From a virus (lineage: Duplodnaviria; Caudoviricetes), in the IMG/VR virus record IMGVR_UViG_3300036945_000289, positions 1 to 25,390 of that record: 25,390 nucleotides of DNA; one strand, given 5' to 3'. Below, piece by piece: positions 24,446 to 25,390 of the stretch. The notes under the pieces are model-generated. The model did no database searches. It saw only the letters and a list, made by a program, of their open reading frames with translations, and was not told where the DNA came from. Made by a program: the position numbers and the translations under genes. The number at the start of each line of letters is the position of its first letter. The stretch's first letter is position 1.

Positions 24446-25390
24446 TTACTGTGCTGGTGATGGGTTGATCATGCCACGACCAGCGCCAGCATAGCTGGGC
24501 CCCATGACGTTCAACGTGAGCGGTCGTCCAGTCTCGTCGTAGACGTAGCCAGTGCCCGCGCGCACACGGTAGGCGTCGCCGAAATTCTCCAGTCCATACG
24601 AGGCGAAGTTCGCAGACGGGCCCTTGCGGCCCATGCGTGTCATCTCGGCGTCGAAGGCTTTCTTGGCGTTGTCCTTGAACGCGCCATCGTCCATGCCCCA
24701 TGGCCGGATCACCTTGGTGTTGCGGAATTCAGAAGCGCCACCTGTCACGGCCTCGATGGCTTCCTTCACGGCCGACGTGTTGACGTTGCCGGAGTAATCG
24801 CCGAGCTGGGCCATCTTGGCGGCGTAGTAGGCCTTGACCGACTGGTAGGCGACCTCGGCGCTCTGTGGCTGGTTGGTGAAGGCCGCGCCCACCGCGTTGT
24901 TGAACGGGTCGCGCAGATCCTGCTCCTTGGGCATGATCAGGTTGACGGGCTTGCCGTCTTCCTTCTTCGTCGCCTTGTTCGGGTTCAGCAGCTCCTCGCC
25001 CTGGATGATCATCGTGGCGACGGTCTGCGGGTTGTAGGTCGTGCCCTTGGAGAACATGCCGCCGCCGATCGGGCTCGAGCCGGTCATCGTCATCAGCTTG
25101 CCGGCCACAGCGGTGACCGGGCTGTCGGGTGCGATCTGCTGGAACACCGACTGCGCAGCCTGTGGGTCTGTGACCGCCTTCGCCACGGCGCCGAGGTAGG
25201 CCAGCTTCTGGTCGCTCGACATCTTGTTGAAGCCCATCGACAGCGCCGCCGCCTCGTTCTTCATCAGCAGCGTGTAGGGCGTCTTGTAGGTGTCGCGCAG
25301 CATGGAGGCTGTGGCCGCACGGCCGGCGAGCTCGGCGCCGAACTTGGCAGGGTCGCCCATGTCCAGCGGCTTGGCCGTCGACAGGCCAGC
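24446..25390 (-). CDS. internal virion/ejection protein, C-terminal part (start outside the window)
   Basis: Frame is open to the window edge; first of three consecutive core-protein genes. Confidence 0.75.
   Translation of the reverse strand, partial: AGLSTAKPLDMGDPAKFGAELAGRAATASMLRDTYKTPYTLLMKNEAAALSMGFNKMSSDQKLAYLGAVAKAVTDPQAAQSVFQQIAPDSPVTAVAGKLMTMTGSSPIGGGMFSKGTTYNPQTVATMIIQGEELLNPNKATKKEDGKPVNLIMPKEQDLRDPFNNAVGAAFTNQPQSAEVAYQSVKAYYAAKMAQLGDYSGNVNTSAVKEAIEAVTGGASEFRNTKVIRPWGMDDGAFKDNAKKAFDAEMTRMGRKGPSANFASYGLENFGDAYRVRAGTGYVYDETGRPLTLNVMGPSYAGAGRGMINPSPAQ

Overview
The window is the middle of a GC-rich temperate podovirus genome, most likely in its excised (attP-containing) form because phage genes flank the att site on both sides. 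Leftward early arm: Cro-like regulator, cytosine methyltransferase-like gene, HNH endonuclease cassette, SF2 helicase, VRR-NUC nuclease and TOPRIM primase. This is followed by a cI/cro switch with dispersed 17-bp operator-like sites. Rightward arm: YqaJ exonuclease, RecT, excisionase-like HTH, small genes, attP (3' half of tRNA-Lys CTT with paired arm sites) and a tyrosine integrase. Leftward late arm: three epsilon15-like internal/ejection proteins, a tail fibre with chaperones, a multi-membrane-protein lysis cassette and a GH19 endolysin. Three things stand out. (1) A 1456-aa ejection-type protein carries a HExxH metallopeptidase-like domain, an ADP-ribosyltransferase-like domain and a HhH-GPD DNA glycosylase/lyase-like domain with the catalytic Lys/Asp spacing intact. 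(2) An HNH cassette sits in the helicase 5' end, supplies a recoded replacement N-terminus, and carries its own promoter and a C4/CI-like cloverleaf RNA with cognate targets. (3) A structured RNA with a loop-E motif lies upstream of the excisionase-like gene. Family assignments come from recalled motifs, not database searches.
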